Assembly (NCBI GenBank): GCA_044347345.1
Contig: JBIKUX010000007.1
Location: 1 to 64,000 of the forward strand
DNA from: Bdellovibrionota bacterium
GTDB taxonomy: Bacteria > Bdellovibrionota_C > UBA2361 > JBIKUX01
Length of the DNA stretch: 64,000 nucleotides
Reading direction: 5' to 3'
Shown here one piece after another: positions 28,179 to 38,687 of this stretch. The notes below the pieces were generated by a model. The model searched no databases. It saw only the letters and a list, made by a program, of their open reading frames with translations, and was not told the origin of the DNA. Numbering within the stretch: position 1 is the first letter of the stretch; the number at the start of each line of letters is the position of its first letter. The position numbers and the translations under genes were made by a program.

Positions 28179-30590
28179 ATGTCGGAATCTCCTCCATCTT
28201 GGATGCTTGAAGTACCTCCACCAGACCATTCTCCAGACGCAACGCTTCTTGGAGAAAAAGCACACTCTGTACTTAATACTGCTACTAATACTACCTCTAA
28301 TATTACTCCTGATACTGTTTCTAATACTGTATCTAATACTACTGCCGATACTTTTAATGTTTCTGCTATTACGAATACACCTAGTGGTACTACCTCTTTA
28401 CAGCCTCAACAAGATGAGTCAGTACTTAAGGGAACGGTTCGTCGTATTTTATTTCGAAATCCTAGTAATCTATATTCAGTGCTTGAAGTTACTTTGGATG
28501 GTAAAAATGAGAAAGCTACTGTGGTAGGCTCATGCATACAAATTCGTGAACAAGATGAGATTTTGGCGCACGGAAAGTTTATTCATCATCCCAAATTCGG
28601 ATACCAATTTAATGCCTCAATTATTGAACGTCTAGAACCCTCATCAGCAGAAGGAATAGCCAAATACCTGGGAAGTGGGCTCATTAAGGGCATAGGTCTA
28701 CGCACCGCGCAGCGCATCGTCAAAGAGTTTGGAGATGAAACATTTGAAATTATACACCGCAAACCAAATCTTGTAGCCAATATTCCCGGAGTTGGAAAAC
28801 ATAAAGCAGAACTTGTGCGCCAAGCATTTCATGCTGAATCAACGGTTAGAAAAATAATACAATTTCTCGTTTCTCACGGTATTACTCCTTCCCTTGCTAG
28901 TAAAATTTATGCCCGTTACAAAGAATCTACTGTTGAGATAATCACCTCTAACCCTTATCTCTTAGCACGCGACTTAAAGGGAGTAGGATTTCGCACCGCT
29001 GACGTTATAGCTACTGATGGATTTAAACTTGCAACTGATGCACCAGAACGTCTTAGAGCGGGTATTTCCTTTGCTTTAGAGCAAGCTAGCGAAGACGGTC
29101 ACTGTTACTTGCCTGAAAATGAGCTTATTCAAAGAGCAGCAGCCTTACTTGGGATTAATGAAATTGACAAACTACACGCTGCACTAAATTATCTTATAGA
29201 TGAAGAGAGTATAATATCGCAATCTTCTGGAGTTTATCTTACACAGGCTTTATCAGCAGAGAAATTTATTGCCAATTTTATAAGAGAACGAGTTGGTTCT
29301 CTAAAAGTTCCGGTAGTCAATAAGGAAAAGCTAACCAAAAGTCTTATTGAAGCAGAGAAAGCTTTAGGGATATCGTTTTCCTCTGAACAACAAATGGCCG
29401 TTGAAGCAGCCATGTCGGCTAGGTTACTTCTTATAACCGGTGGGCCAGGATGTGGTAAGACTACCATTATTCGCGCTCTTTCTCACTCGTTTAATTCATT
29501 AGGAAAAAAACTGTGCTTAACGGCACCAACCGGCAGAGCTGCTCAGCGTATGGCTCAGGTATGTGATTTACCAGCAAGCACTATTCACAGGTTACTCCGA
29601 TTTAACAGAGGCAAATTTGAATATTGTGCTCAAAATCCTCTACCGGTAGATGTAATTATTGTTGATGAAGCCTCTATGATTGATATCTATTTGGCTAAAT
29701 CACTTTTCTCAGCAATTCCTACTTCTGCTCTTCTTGTTTTGGTAGGAGATAAAGATCAGCTACCATCTGTAGGGCCTGGCCGCGTTTTTGCTGACCTAAT
29801 TGCCGCTCAAAATGTAAAAACCATGCGCCTTTCTCGTCTTTTTCGACGCAACGAACATTCTACCATTAATGACATAGCTCATCATATTAACATGGGATTG
29901 ATGCCTCATATTCCCAAACCTGATGGTCAAACAAAAGTTGATGCCTACTTTTTACAGGAAAAAGATCCAGAAGAAACTAGCTCATTAATTGTTAAGCTTG
30001 TATCAGAGCAACTTCCCAAAAAATTTGGGTTAGAAACAAGTGACATTATGGTTCTGACTCCGTCAAATCGAGGACCTCTAGGAGTTAAAGCTCTGAATAT
30101 CAAACTACAAGAGCGTCTTAATCCAGTAGGCTCACGTGATGAAAGTCAAGAAATAACTATCGGATTAAATAACTTTCGTCTCGGTGATCGAGTCGTACAA
30201 CGAGTCAACAACTACCAGATACATGACGCTGGCGTTTTTAATGGTGACAGTGGCGTTATTTTTGCGATCAATCGTGAAAAAAAGTCACTTAAAGTTGATC
30301 TTTGGGACGGCCGAATAATTGATTATTCAGAAATTGATGCCCAACAATTAACTCTATGTTATGCAATGACTGTGCATCGCTCGCAAGGTACTGAAATACC
30401 TTGCGTCGTACTGGTTTTACACGACAGTCATTATAATATGCTTGAAAGGCAACTCATTTATACAGCCGTAACTAGAGCAAAAAAACTTCTTATAGTTGTA
30501 GGAACCAAAAGAGCCTTAGCCATAGCAAGCCGCAAATCTACAGCTAGTAACAGATATACCGGATTAAAGGAGTTAGTAGAGAAAGAGTAG
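28179..30590 (+). CDS. recD2: ATP-dependent RecD-like DNA helicase
   Basis: HPKFGYQF, YLGSGLIKGIG, TGGPGCGKT, APTGRAA, VDEASM, GDKDQLPSVGPG, HRSQGTE, YTAVTRAK. Confidence 0.95.
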   Translation: MSESPPSWMLEVPPPDHSPDATLLGEKAHSVLNTATNTTSNITPDTVSNTVSNTTADTFNVSAITNTPSGTTSLQPQQDESVLKGTVRRILFRNPSNLYSVLEVTLDGKNEKATVVGSCIQIREQDEILAHGKFIHHPKFGYQFNASIIERLEPSSAEGIAKYLGSGLIKGIGLRTAQRIVKEFGDETFEIIHRKPNLVANIPGVGKHKAELVRQAFHAESTVRKIIQFLVSHGITPSLASKIYARYKESTVEIITSNPYLLARDLKGVGFRTADVIATDGFKLATDAPERLRAGISFALEQASEDGHCYLPENELIQRAAALLGINEIDKLHAALNYLIDEESIISQSSGVYLTQALSAEKFIANFIRERVGSLKVPVVNKEKLTKSLIEAEKALGISFSSEQQMAVEAAMSARLLLITGGPGCGKTTIIRALSHSFNSLGKKLCLTAPTGRAAQRMAQVCDLPASTIHRLLRFNRGKFEYCAQNPLPVDVIIVDEASMIDIYLAKSLFSAIPTSALLVLVGDKDQLPSVGPGRVFADLIAAQNVKTMRLSRLFRRNEHSTINDIAHHINMGLMPHIPKPDGQTKVDAYFLQEKDPEETSSLIVKLVSEQLPKKFGLETSDIMVLTPSNRGPLGVKALNIKLQERLNPVGSRDESQEITIGLNNFRLGDRVVQRVNNYQIHDAGVFNGDSGVIFAINREKKSLKVDLWDGRIIDYSEIDAQQLTLCYAMTVHRSQGTEIPCVVLVLHDSHYNMLERQLIYTAVTRAKKLLIVVGTKRALAIASRKSTASNRYTGLKELVEKE

Positions 30591-30632
30591 ATTAGGTTGC
30601 GCTTCCTCTCGGAAAGATGATCTACTTAGCTA

Positions 30633-31634
30633 ATGAAAAGTAACCTTGATTCACAATTTTTCTCCTTAACTCCAGATCGTATTTTAGATACTGCTGAGCA
30701 ATTTGGTGTAAGATGCACCGGAAGAGCCCTAGCATTAAACAGTATGGAAAATAGGGTTTATGAGGTCGAAATAGAGATTGCCGACAGCGAGGTGGTTACT
30801 CCCGCAGATAGATTTCGAGTAGTAAAGTTCTACCGGCCTGGACGGTGGACAAAACAACAAATTTTAGAGGAACATCGATTCTTGTTATCTCTAGCTAAGC
30901 AAGAGCTTCCTGTCATAGCACCGCTTCCGACTATTGCTGGTGACACCTTAATTACTGTGCCCGATTTAGGGCTTTTTGCCGCTATTTTTCCGAAACGAGG
31001 TGGGCAAATGGAGCCAGAGCTCTCTGATGAAAAATTGGCAATTCTTGGTCGCTTAATCGCTCGAATGCATGCAATCGGTCGGGCAAGGCCAGCTACTTCA
31101 CGGTTGTGCCTAACGCCATCTGTTTACGGAAGAGATAATTTAGCTTATCTGATCAACCACAACGTACTGCCTCGCGAATTAGCTGAAACTTTTTCTCTAA
31201 TAGTTAACCAAATATGCGATAGACTCGACGTACTTTTTTTATCTCTAGCCTGTCCGCCACAACGAATTCACGGCGACCTCCATCATGGTAATATTCTTTG
31301 GGCTGGAATGGAACCACGTCTCCTTGACTTTGATGACATGATGATGGGACCACCAGTTCAAGATGTTTGGTTAATTTTGCCAGGACGAGACGATGAAGCT
31401 TTACGGCAGAGAAATATTCTCCTTGAAGCTTACGAACAATTCATGCCATTTGATTGGTCGAGCTTGGCCATTGTTGAAGGTCTTAGAGCTCTCAGACTTA
31501 TTCACTTTTGCACATGGATAGCCAAACGATGGCAAGACCCATCTTTTCCTCGGGCATTTCCTCAATTTGGCTCAAATGCGTATTGGTTATCCCAAATTGC
31601 TGACTTAACTGATCAACTTCAAGCGATAGAATAA
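30633..31634 (+). CDS. srkA: Stress response kinase A (RdoA/YihE family)
   Basis: LNSMENRVY, VKFYRPGRW, RIHGDLHHGN, DFDD, RWQDPSFPRAFP. Confidence 0.92.
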   Translation: MKSNLDSQFFSLTPDRILDTAEQFGVRCTGRALALNSMENRVYEVEIEIADSEVVTPADRFRVVKFYRPGRWTKQQILEEHRFLLSLAKQELPVIAPLPTIAGDTLITVPDLGLFAAIFPKRGGQMEPELSDEKLAILGRLIARMHAIGRARPATSRLCLTPSVYGRDNLAYLINHNVLPRELAETFSLIVNQICDRLDVLFLSLACPPQRIHGDLHHGNILWAGMEPRLLDFDDMMMGPPVQDVWLILPGRDDEALRQRNILLEAYEQFMPFDWSSLAIVEGLRALRLIHFCTWIAKRWQDPSFPRAFPQFGSNAYWLSQIADLTDQLQAIE

Positions 31635-31745
31635 AACAGTAGATGTACATATATTTTTTGAGTCACTTAAAAATTTGCTTAGTTGAAGAATCACCTAAAT
31701 TTTAAGTAATGTTCTTGTAGGTATATTTTTAAGGTAAAAACAAAA

Positions 31746-33425
31746 ATGCCCTCAAAAGCACGGCCAGCCATAGCTCGTATTATTAGCTTTCTTCGAGGTG
31801 ACTGGAACGACATTGGAGTTATAATTGTCTACGCTATAGGAGTAGGACTTGCATCGCTCGGGGTACCAATAGCCGCAAAATCACTCGTCAACAGCGTTGC
31901 CTTTGGTGCTCTGCTCCAACCACTTATAGTGCTTACTTCATTAGTTTTTGGAGTATTGCTATTTTCAGGTTTCATGCAAGTGCTTCAACAATGTGTTGCT
32001 GAGAATCTGCAACGTCGTCTTATAGTACGAATTGCCATGAGCCTTGCTCAAAGGATACCTCAAGTACGGTATGCAGAATTTAGAAAAAAATACGGTGCAG
32101 ACCATGTGCTGAGATTTGCCGAAGCATTCGCAGCTCAAAAGGCAGTTAAGGGATTACTACTTGATGGTTTGGCGGTACTTTTTCAAACTTTTACTGGAGT
32201 AATACTACTAGCCTTTTATCACCCATTCTTCTTAGCGTTTTCAATAGTGATGGTAGTATGTATCTCAATAATAATTCTTCCTTTTACCAGAGTGGGTGTT
32301 TCAACAAGCATCAGAGAATCTGATGCAAAATATGAATTATTTGCCTGGTTACAAGATTTAGCCAGCACACCTGTTTTGTTTAAATCATCACGGGGTGAGT
32401 CGTTAGCTATTCGTCGTTCAGATGAATTAACTAGACGTTATCTAAACAGGAGAAGATCTCACTTTTCAGTATTATTAACCCAAAATATTGGAGGATTACT
32501 TTTACAAGCCATTGGGAGTGCTTCATTACTAGGTCTTGGTGGATACTTAGTGATTAATCAACAACTCACACTTGGCCAACTAGTAGCCGCTGAACTAATT
32601 ATCACTTTGGTGCTATCAAGTGTCACTAAACTCGGTAAACATATCGAGACTTTTTATGACCTATCAGCATCGATAGCCAAACTTGATGCTCTCATGGAGC
32701 TTCCAAAAGAAGAGGTAACAGGCTCGTTCTTCGGCGTTGATGAACAACCAGCTAGACTAGATATTCGTAAACTGCAATTTCGCTTCGGTGAGGGTGATTC
32801 GCTCATAAAAGATCTGACTTTATCTTTAGCTGCGGGGGATAAATTAGCAATCTGGGGAGCTAATGGCTCGGGGAAATCACTTGTAGCCAATGCTATTTAC
32901 CGACTTGTAAATCCCACTTCAGGGTGGATTGAGATTGACGGACACAATGTAAGTGAGATTCATCCACGCGAACTCAGAAGTGAGGTAGTGTTACTGAGAG
33001 GGCTTGAGTTATTTCACGGCACGGTAACCGACAATCTAACTCTTGGACACCCATCTATTTTACCTTCAGAAGTGCAAGATGCTCTCAAAATGGTAGGTCT
33101 ATTAAATGAGATTCGCTCTCTACCAGAGGGTATGAATACTTGGCTAAAAGGCACAGCTCAGCCCTTATCACGAGGTCAGGGTCACCAACTTATGATAGCT
33201 AGAGCTATTTTACAGCGTCCTCGACTACTAATTCTTGATGGCTCGCTTGACAGTATAGATGAAATCCACAGGAAAACAGTTTTAAGCTCGCTTATAACAG
33301 GGAAAACTCCTTGGACTCTTCTGGTGTTTACTCATGACGATGAAGTGTTATGTGAGTTTCCCCGATCTTATCAATTAACAAACGGAACGATAGTAAGCTT
33401 AACCCCGGGAGCTCGCCATGTCTGA
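31746..33425 (+). CDS. Type I secretion-like ABC exporter (TMD+NBD) with degenerate Walker B
   Basis: LTLGQLVAAELI TMD motif; GANGSGKS; LSRGQ; LLILDG in place of LLILDE. Confidence 0.85.
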   Translation: MPSKARPAIARIISFLRGDWNDIGVIIVYAIGVGLASLGVPIAAKSLVNSVAFGALLQPLIVLTSLVFGVLLFSGFMQVLQQCVAENLQRRLIVRIAMSLAQRIPQVRYAEFRKKYGADHVLRFAEAFAAQKAVKGLLLDGLAVLFQTFTGVILLAFYHPFFLAFSIVMVVCISIIILPFTRVGVSTSIRESDAKYELFAWLQDLASTPVLFKSSRGESLAIRRSDELTRRYLNRRRSHFSVLLTQNIGGLLLQAIGSASLLGLGGYLVINQQLTLGQLVAAELIITLVLSSVTKLGKHIETFYDLSASIAKLDALMELPKEEVTGSFFGVDEQPARLDIRKLQFRFGEGDSLIKDLTLSLAAGDKLAIWGANGSGKSLVANAIYRLVNPTSGWIEIDGHNVSEIHPRELRSEVVLLRGLELFHGTVTDNLTLGHPSILPSEVQDALKMVGLLNEIRSLPEGMNTWLKGTAQPLSRGQGHQLMIARAILQRPRLLILDGSLDSIDEIHRKTVLSSLITGKTPWTLLVFTHDDEVLCEFPRSYQLTNGTIVSLTPGARHV

Positions 33426-34515
33426 GGATACTCGCATTTACTATCCGACTGTTCAAGAAATTGAACGTCGCTCGCCTGTTTCTATTTTTGCCACTAAAGC
33501 TGTTACATCTAGACGAACATTTCTTCTAGCAGCACTTATCGTACTCAGCATTTTTTCGCTTTTAGGCGTAGCGTTAATTTTTGTTCCTTGGGTACAGACA
33601 GTTCAAGGTAAAGGTCGAGTCATAGCGTATTCTCCTAATGAACGACAGCAAAGAATCGAATCTCCCATTGATGGAAGAATAGCTCACTGGCATGTTCATG
33701 AAGGAGACCGAGTGGTAAAGGATCAAATTCTTGCTGATATGGAGGATATTGACCCAAGAGCACTCGAACGACTCCAACAACAATTAGAAGCTTCAAAGAA
33801 AGCGGCCACGGCTTCTCAAACATCACTAGAAGTTTCTCGTAAAAATCTAACAAGACAAAAAGCCCTTTTAGACCGAGGACTCGCCTCTCAACGAGCATTT
33901 GAGCTTGCCAGGCTTGAAGTAGCAAAATTTGAGAGTGAACTGTCAAAGGCTCTGGCTGAGGTGGCAAAAACTGAAACCACGCTGTCACGACAAAGTCAGC
34001 AAGTAGTAAGAGCTTCACGAGACGGTACAATTATGCGAATCGTTGCACCACAGGGAGGAGTTGTAGCCAAAAAAGGTGATGAGATTGCTATGCTAGTTCC
34101 TGACACCAAAGAGCGAGCCGTTGAACTTTTCATTAGTGGCAATGATCTACCACTACTAGGAATTGGACGTGAGGTGCGGCTTCAATTTGAGGGATGGCCA
34201 GCCATTCAGTTTGCCGGTTGGCCTTCTGTAGCAATAGGTACATTTGGAGGAACAGTCGGGGTGATTGACGCAAGTGACGATGGGCGAGGAAATTTTCGCA
34301 TTCTCGTATTTCCACAAGAAGATGAACCTTGGCCTGATGTAAGGTATCTTAGACAAGGTGTGCGTGCGGTAGGCTGGGTATTACTTGATATGGTTCCTTT
34401 AGGCTGGGAGCTATGGCGACAATTCAATGGCTTTCCACCAACTGCGACGCCTGACGGAGATGAAAAAAACACTTTCGGTGGTGTATATGGGAATGTTCCT
34501 GCAAAGACTAAGTAA
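33418..34515 (+). CDS. HlyD-family membrane fusion protein
   Basis: PWVQTVQGKGRV, coiled coil, VRLQFEGWPAIQFAGWP, ELWRQFNGFPP. Confidence 0.9.
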   Translation: MSEDTRIYYPTVQEIERRSPVSIFATKAVTSRRTFLLAALIVLSIFSLLGVALIFVPWVQTVQGKGRVIAYSPNERQQRIESPIDGRIAHWHVHEGDRVVKDQILADMEDIDPRALERLQQQLEASKKAATASQTSLEVSRKNLTRQKALLDRGLASQRAFELARLEVAKFESELSKALAEVAKTETTLSRQSQQVVRASRDGTIMRIVAPQGGVVAKKGDEIAMLVPDTKERAVELFISGNDLPLLGIGREVRLQFEGWPAIQFAGWPSVAIGTFGGTVGVIDASDDGRGNFRILVFPQEDEPWPDVRYLRQGVRAVGWVLLDMVPLGWELWRQFNGFPPTATPDGDEKNTFGGVYGNVPAKTK

Positions 34516-35929
34516 GTGCTTACTTTCTTGTCTTTTTTTTGCTTATCTTTTTTTTGTAAATAGTCCGTTAGAGGTTTGGGGAGAATCTTTAACACCAATC
34601 AAGGTGATTGAGAGTGCACTAGCTCATCATCCAGCTATTAAGGCGCAGCTAGCATCGCGGGATAACATTGCAGGTGATCTTCTTTCATCGCAAGGAGCAT
34701 TTGATCCTGCCATCGTCGGCAAAGATTTTTCTTATCTAACTGGAGGCTATAGTGGTGCTAGTTCAGAACTTGGCTTTGAAAAGCCCCTACAACTATATGG
34801 CTCACGCTTTTTTGCAGGATATCGACGAAGTGGGGGAAAATTTCCAGTTTATGATGGAGATTATTTAACAAACAGTAACGGAGAAATTAGTTTTGGAGTG
34901 GAAGTTCCGCTACTGCGAAACAGAGAGATTGATGAAAGAAGAGCCAAAATTCTTGAAAATGAAGCAAAAGTAGTAGGAGCTGAAGTTATAATTGAACAAG
35001 AAAGAATTGAGGTAGCTAGAGATGCTTTGCAGGCATATTGGACATGGGTTGCTGCGGGCGAGCGATATGGAGTGTATCGTGCGCTAGTAACAGTTGCTGA
35101 AGAGCGCACAGAGCAACTGAATGTACAAGCTCAACTCGGAGATGTGGCTAACATTTTAGTAACCGACAACCAACGAGCACTACTAAAAAGACAAGCTGAA
35201 CTGCTTAAGGCTAATGAAGCATTGCAACGAAGTCGGCTCCAACTATCACTTTACCTCTTTAGTAATGATGGTATTCCAATTATTCCTGATGATTCTGAGC
35301 TACCAAAGACTCTTCCTCCGGTTATGGTTAGAGATTACGGTGAACCTGAACCTAAAGTAGATCAAGCTCTACTAATGAGACCTGAGCTAAGATCAATAAA
35401 GCAGAAATTAGAAATGGTATCGGCTCGTCAAAGACTCGCTAATAACCAGCTTCTGCCTGAATTAAATGCAGTGCTGACTACATCTAACGACTACGGTAAT
35501 GGTAGCGGAGGTAGCGACACGAGTAGAGGTGAAGCCGAAGTTAAAGGTGGAATTCAAGTTAAGATTCCACTATACATGAGAAAAGCTCGCGGAATGGTTC
35601 AATCTGCCGATGCTCAAGAACGCGAATTAAACGCACTTCGCACCCTTTACACCCAAAAAATAGACCGAGATGTTCGTAAGTCACTCATAGCCTTAACGGT
35701 TGTAGGACAGCGTATCGATGTTGCTCGAAATGAAGTAAAAGCTGCAAAAGAACTTGAAAAGGGAGAGAGAATAAAATTTAGTCAAGGAGATAGTAATCTA
35801 ATTTTCGTAAATCTTAGAGAACAAACAACGGCAGACGCTGAAATTAGCTTAATTGATGCAATTCTTGATTTTCACGTTTATCGTGCTGAACTAGATGCGA
35901 CAATGGGGAAAGTCCCACAGCCCGACTGA
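34487..35929 (+). CDS. TolC-family outer membrane protein
   Basis: GAFDP, VPLLRNREIDERRA, NQLLPEL, GDSNLIFVNLRE; start most likely ATG 34487 or 34493. Confidence 0.88.
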   Translation: MGMFLQRLSKCLLSCLFFAYLFFVNSPLEVWGESLTPIKVIESALAHHPAIKAQLASRDNIAGDLLSSQGAFDPAIVGKDFSYLTGGYSGASSELGFEKPLQLYGSRFFAGYRRSGGKFPVYDGDYLTNSNGEISFGVEVPLLRNREIDERRAKILENEAKVVGAEVIIEQERIEVARDALQAYWTWVAAGERYGVYRALVTVAEERTEQLNVQAQLGDVANILVTDNQRALLKRQAELLKANEALQRSRLQLSLYLFSNDGIPIIPDDSELPKTLPPVMVRDYGEPEPKVDQALLMRPELRSIKQKLEMVSARQRLANNQLLPELNAVLTTSNDYGNGSGGSDTSRGEAEVKGGIQVKIPLYMRKARGMVQSADAQERELNALRTLYTQKIDRDVRKSLIALTVVGQRIDVARNEVKAAKELEKGERIKFSQGDSNLIFVNLREQTTADAEISLIDAILDFHVYRAELDATMGKVPQPD

Positions 35930-36009
35930 GCACAAATTACTGGGCGCAAATTCACGAAACACTTAATGACGAACAGAACTGCATGAGCTAGCTAAGAGAT
36001 TACCGTTCA

Positions 36010-37023
36010 TTAAAATAAAACCTCGCGGTATACCTCTTCGTTTTCAAGACACTTACCAGCACCCTCTACAACTGAGGCTAAAGGATCATCTGCAATAGTG
36101 ACCGCTACATTTAGCTCTTCAACAATATGCCTATCAAGACCCTTGAGCAGAGCTCCACCACCCGCAAGAGCTAAACCACGAGAGATTATATCTCCAGAAA
36201 GCTCTGGTGGAGTATTCTCTAATGCTTGTCTTATAGCCGCGGTAATTGATCCTACTACCTCAGAAATCGCTTCTCTAATTTCTCCAGCTTGAACAACAAG
36301 TGATGCCGGAGCTCCACTGATAAGACTACGGCCACGCACTTCCATCTCTTGATTATCATAATCAGGATGGGCGCTTCCAATGGTCTTTTTGACTAGCTCT
36401 GCCGTAGCCTCTCCAATTAAAAGGTGATGACGACGTCTAAGGTGGTTAATAATAGCTTCATCCATAGCGTCACCACCTTCACGAACAGATATCGAATACA
36501 CGATATCACGCAGGCTGACTACAGCTATATCAGTCGTTCCACCCCCTATATCAACAATCATGCTAGCTGTTGCCTCAGTAACCGGAAGGTTACACCCAAT
36601 TGCAGCCGCCATAGCTTCATCGATAAGCCTCACATCGCGAGCTTGAGAATCAATTGCCTCTCTTATAGCTCGCTTTTCTACCTCAGTAATACTGCTTGGA
36701 ACTCCCACCATAACTCTAGGCCGAAAAAGACCTCGAGAGCGGCGACGCACTCTGGTAAGAAAATGGCTGAGCATAATTGCAGCCACATCAAAATCAGCTA
36801 TGACTCCCGTGCGGACTGGACGAATAACTCGCACTCCCTCCGGCGTACGCCCCTGCATGGGCTTAGCCTCCGATCCAAAAGCAACAGGTTGCTTGCGGTG
36901 TCCATCCAAACGGACGGCTACAATGGAGGGTTCGTTTAGAACAATACCTTTACCCTTTTCGTAAATAAGGGTGTTAGCTGTCCCCAAATCAATAGCTAGG
37001 TCACGAGCAACGAGACGAAACAT
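36010..37023 (-). CDS. mreB: Actin-like rod shape-determining protein MreB (stand-alone)
   Basis: AIDLGTANT, NEPSIVA, GVIADF, VDIGGGTT, LAGGGALL. Confidence 0.92.
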   Translation of the reverse strand: MFRLVARDLAIDLGTANTLIYEKGKGIVLNEPSIVAVRLDGHRKQPVAFGSEAKPMQGRTPEGVRVIRPVRTGVIADFDVAAIMLSHFLTRVRRRSRGLFRPRVMVGVPSSITEVEKRAIREAIDSQARDVRLIDEAMAAAIGCNLPVTEATASMIVDIGGGTTDIAVVSLRDIVYSISVREGGDAMDEAIINHLRRRHHLLIGEATAELVKKTIGSAHPDYDNQEMEVRGRSLISGAPASLVVQAGEIREAISEVVGSITAAIRQALENTPPELSGDIISRGLALAGGGALLKGLDRHIVEELNVAVTIADDPLASVVEGAGKCLENEEVYREVLF

Positions 37024-37082
37024 GGAACTCCATCAAAAATATGCTGTTACTATAATCTTTTTATTGTACGACGACCAGAACA

Positions 37083-37943
37083 TTACTTGTAGATATAGAA
37101 ACCACGACCTACTTTTTTGCCAAGCCACCCGGCTTCAACGTACTTTACCAGAAGAGGACACGGACGGTACTTATCTTCACCTAATTCTTTGTGAAGCACC
37201 CTGAGAATAGCTAAGAGAGTATCTAGTCCAACAAAGTCAGCTAGAGTTAGTGGACCCATAGGATGATTTGTTCCTAACTTCATCGCGGTATCAATCGCTT
37301 CTTTATGAACACCCTCTTGTAAAAGAAAGATGGCTTCATTCACCATCGGAACCAAAATCCGATTTACAATAAATCCAGGAGTATCAATACCACGCACTAC
37401 TACCTTCTTCATCTGCTCGGCGATAGCTTCAATCGTGGAGATGGTTTCTGGTGATGTTGCTATTCCCGGTATTACCTCAACTAAAGCCATTACTGGCACG
37501 GGATTCATAAAATGCATACCAATTACCCTATCAGGACGCTCCGTAGCTCGTCCAAGTCTTGTAATAGATATTGAGGAAGTATTGCTAGCAATAAGTCCTG
37601 ATGGAGGCAATATTTTATCTAAACGATAGAAAATTTCTTCTTTTAGTTGTACATCCTCTCGCACAGCTTCAATTACTAAATTAGCCTCACTAAACTCCTC
37701 TAGTTCCTTTACCACTAAGATTCGCTCGAGAGCCTCGCATTTTTCTACTTCAGTTATAGACCCCTTTACTACTCCAGCGGTCAATTTTTGTTTAATACTT
37801 GATAAAGCTCGCTCTGCGTTACCCGGAAGTGCATCAAAAAGTAAAACTTTGTATTTACCAATATGCCCAGCCACCTGAGCGATACCTTCACCCATCTGCC
37901 CTGCTCCCAAGACTCCCACACACAAGCTATCACTCACGAGCAT
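37083..37943 (-). CDS. hbd: 3-hydroxybutyryl-CoA dehydrogenase
   Basis: GAGQMGEGIA, ASNTSSIS, GMHFMNPVP, PGFIVNR, HPMGPL, LGKKVGRGFY. Confidence 0.9.
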   Translation of the reverse strand: MLVSDSLCVGVLGAGQMGEGIAQVAGHIGKYKVLLFDALPGNAERALSSIKQKLTAGVVKGSITEVEKCEALERILVVKELEEFSEANLVIEAVREDVQLKEEIFYRLDKILPPSGLIASNTSSISITRLGRATERPDRVIGMHFMNPVPVMALVEVIPGIATSPETISTIEAIAEQMKKVVVRGIDTPGFIVNRILVPMVNEAIFLLQEGVHKEAIDTAMKLGTNHPMGPLTLADFVGLDTLLAILRVLHKELGEDKYRPCPLLVKYVEAGWLGKKVGRGFYIYK

Positions 37944-38003
37944 CTCCTTATAAATAACCGGTATAATCAAACACTTTTAAATGCTATTACGGTACGTCTA
38001 AGT

Positions 38004-38687
38004 ATGTTAACCGCACAACTAATTAATCTGGTAAGAAACAAATCACTTAGTAAAAGTTTATTATCTATAATTTTTGTTACAATAGTTTTTCCCTCACAGT
38101 TAATAGCTATTCCAAAAAAAAATTGTCTAAAACACGAGAGCACTTTTACCGTTTCAAAAACTTTAGGCTCAGCTAGCTTGGTAAAAAACAGGTTTAATCG
38201 CGAAGGTTCGCTTCGTTTTGAGTTATCACGCGCCACGGCCAGAGCTAAAGAAGTGCTAGATGTAAATTTTTGCTCAGGGTCAGAATGTAATTTAAAAACA
38301 AACCACTCAAAAATAACCCTCTCAGTAATTCCTGAAAAGACGGTAAATAGTACTAAAGAGTGTGAGACTTACTTGGCAAGTACAACAAAAAATCCATTAA
38401 CTTTTATGAGAACCTTTTCTGATATAAGAGAATTTGAAGATTGGTTTCGAAATTTCTCAACAGGCAAAGGAACAGATGGGCATAAACTTTATGAATTGTG
38501 CCCTGGGAAATGTAGTCCTCAATACAACGTAGATTTACAATGGATAAACTTGGGTATCATGGCTCGGACACAGATTATATGTGGCTATTCAAGAGATATA
38601 TCAAATAATAAATATCAAGTTATAACTTCAGTAACAGGATCTTGTATAAATAAAAATGCGCCATTGCCAAGTTTGTCCTATAAGTGA
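38004..38687 (+). CDS. Secreted or membrane-anchored Cys-rich hypothetical protein
   Basis: Hydrophobic N-region, several Cys including CPGKCSP; start moved to ATG 38004 to avoid overlap with hbd. Confidence 0.6.
   Translation: MLTAQLINLVRNKSLSKSLLSIIFVTIVFPSQLIAIPKKNCLKHESTFTVSKTLGSASLVKNRFNREGSLRFELSRATARAKEVLDVNFCSGSECNLKTNHSKITLSVIPEKTVNSTKECETYLASTTKNPLTFMRTFSDIREFEDWFRNFSTGKGTDGHKLYELCPGKCSPQYNVDLQWINLGIMARTQIICGYSRDISNNKYQVITSVTGSCINKNAPLPSLSYK

Noticed and set aside
28207..28527. Leu/Ile-rich 106-aa ORF
   Set aside because: Alternative-frame product of the low-complexity repeat inside recD2.
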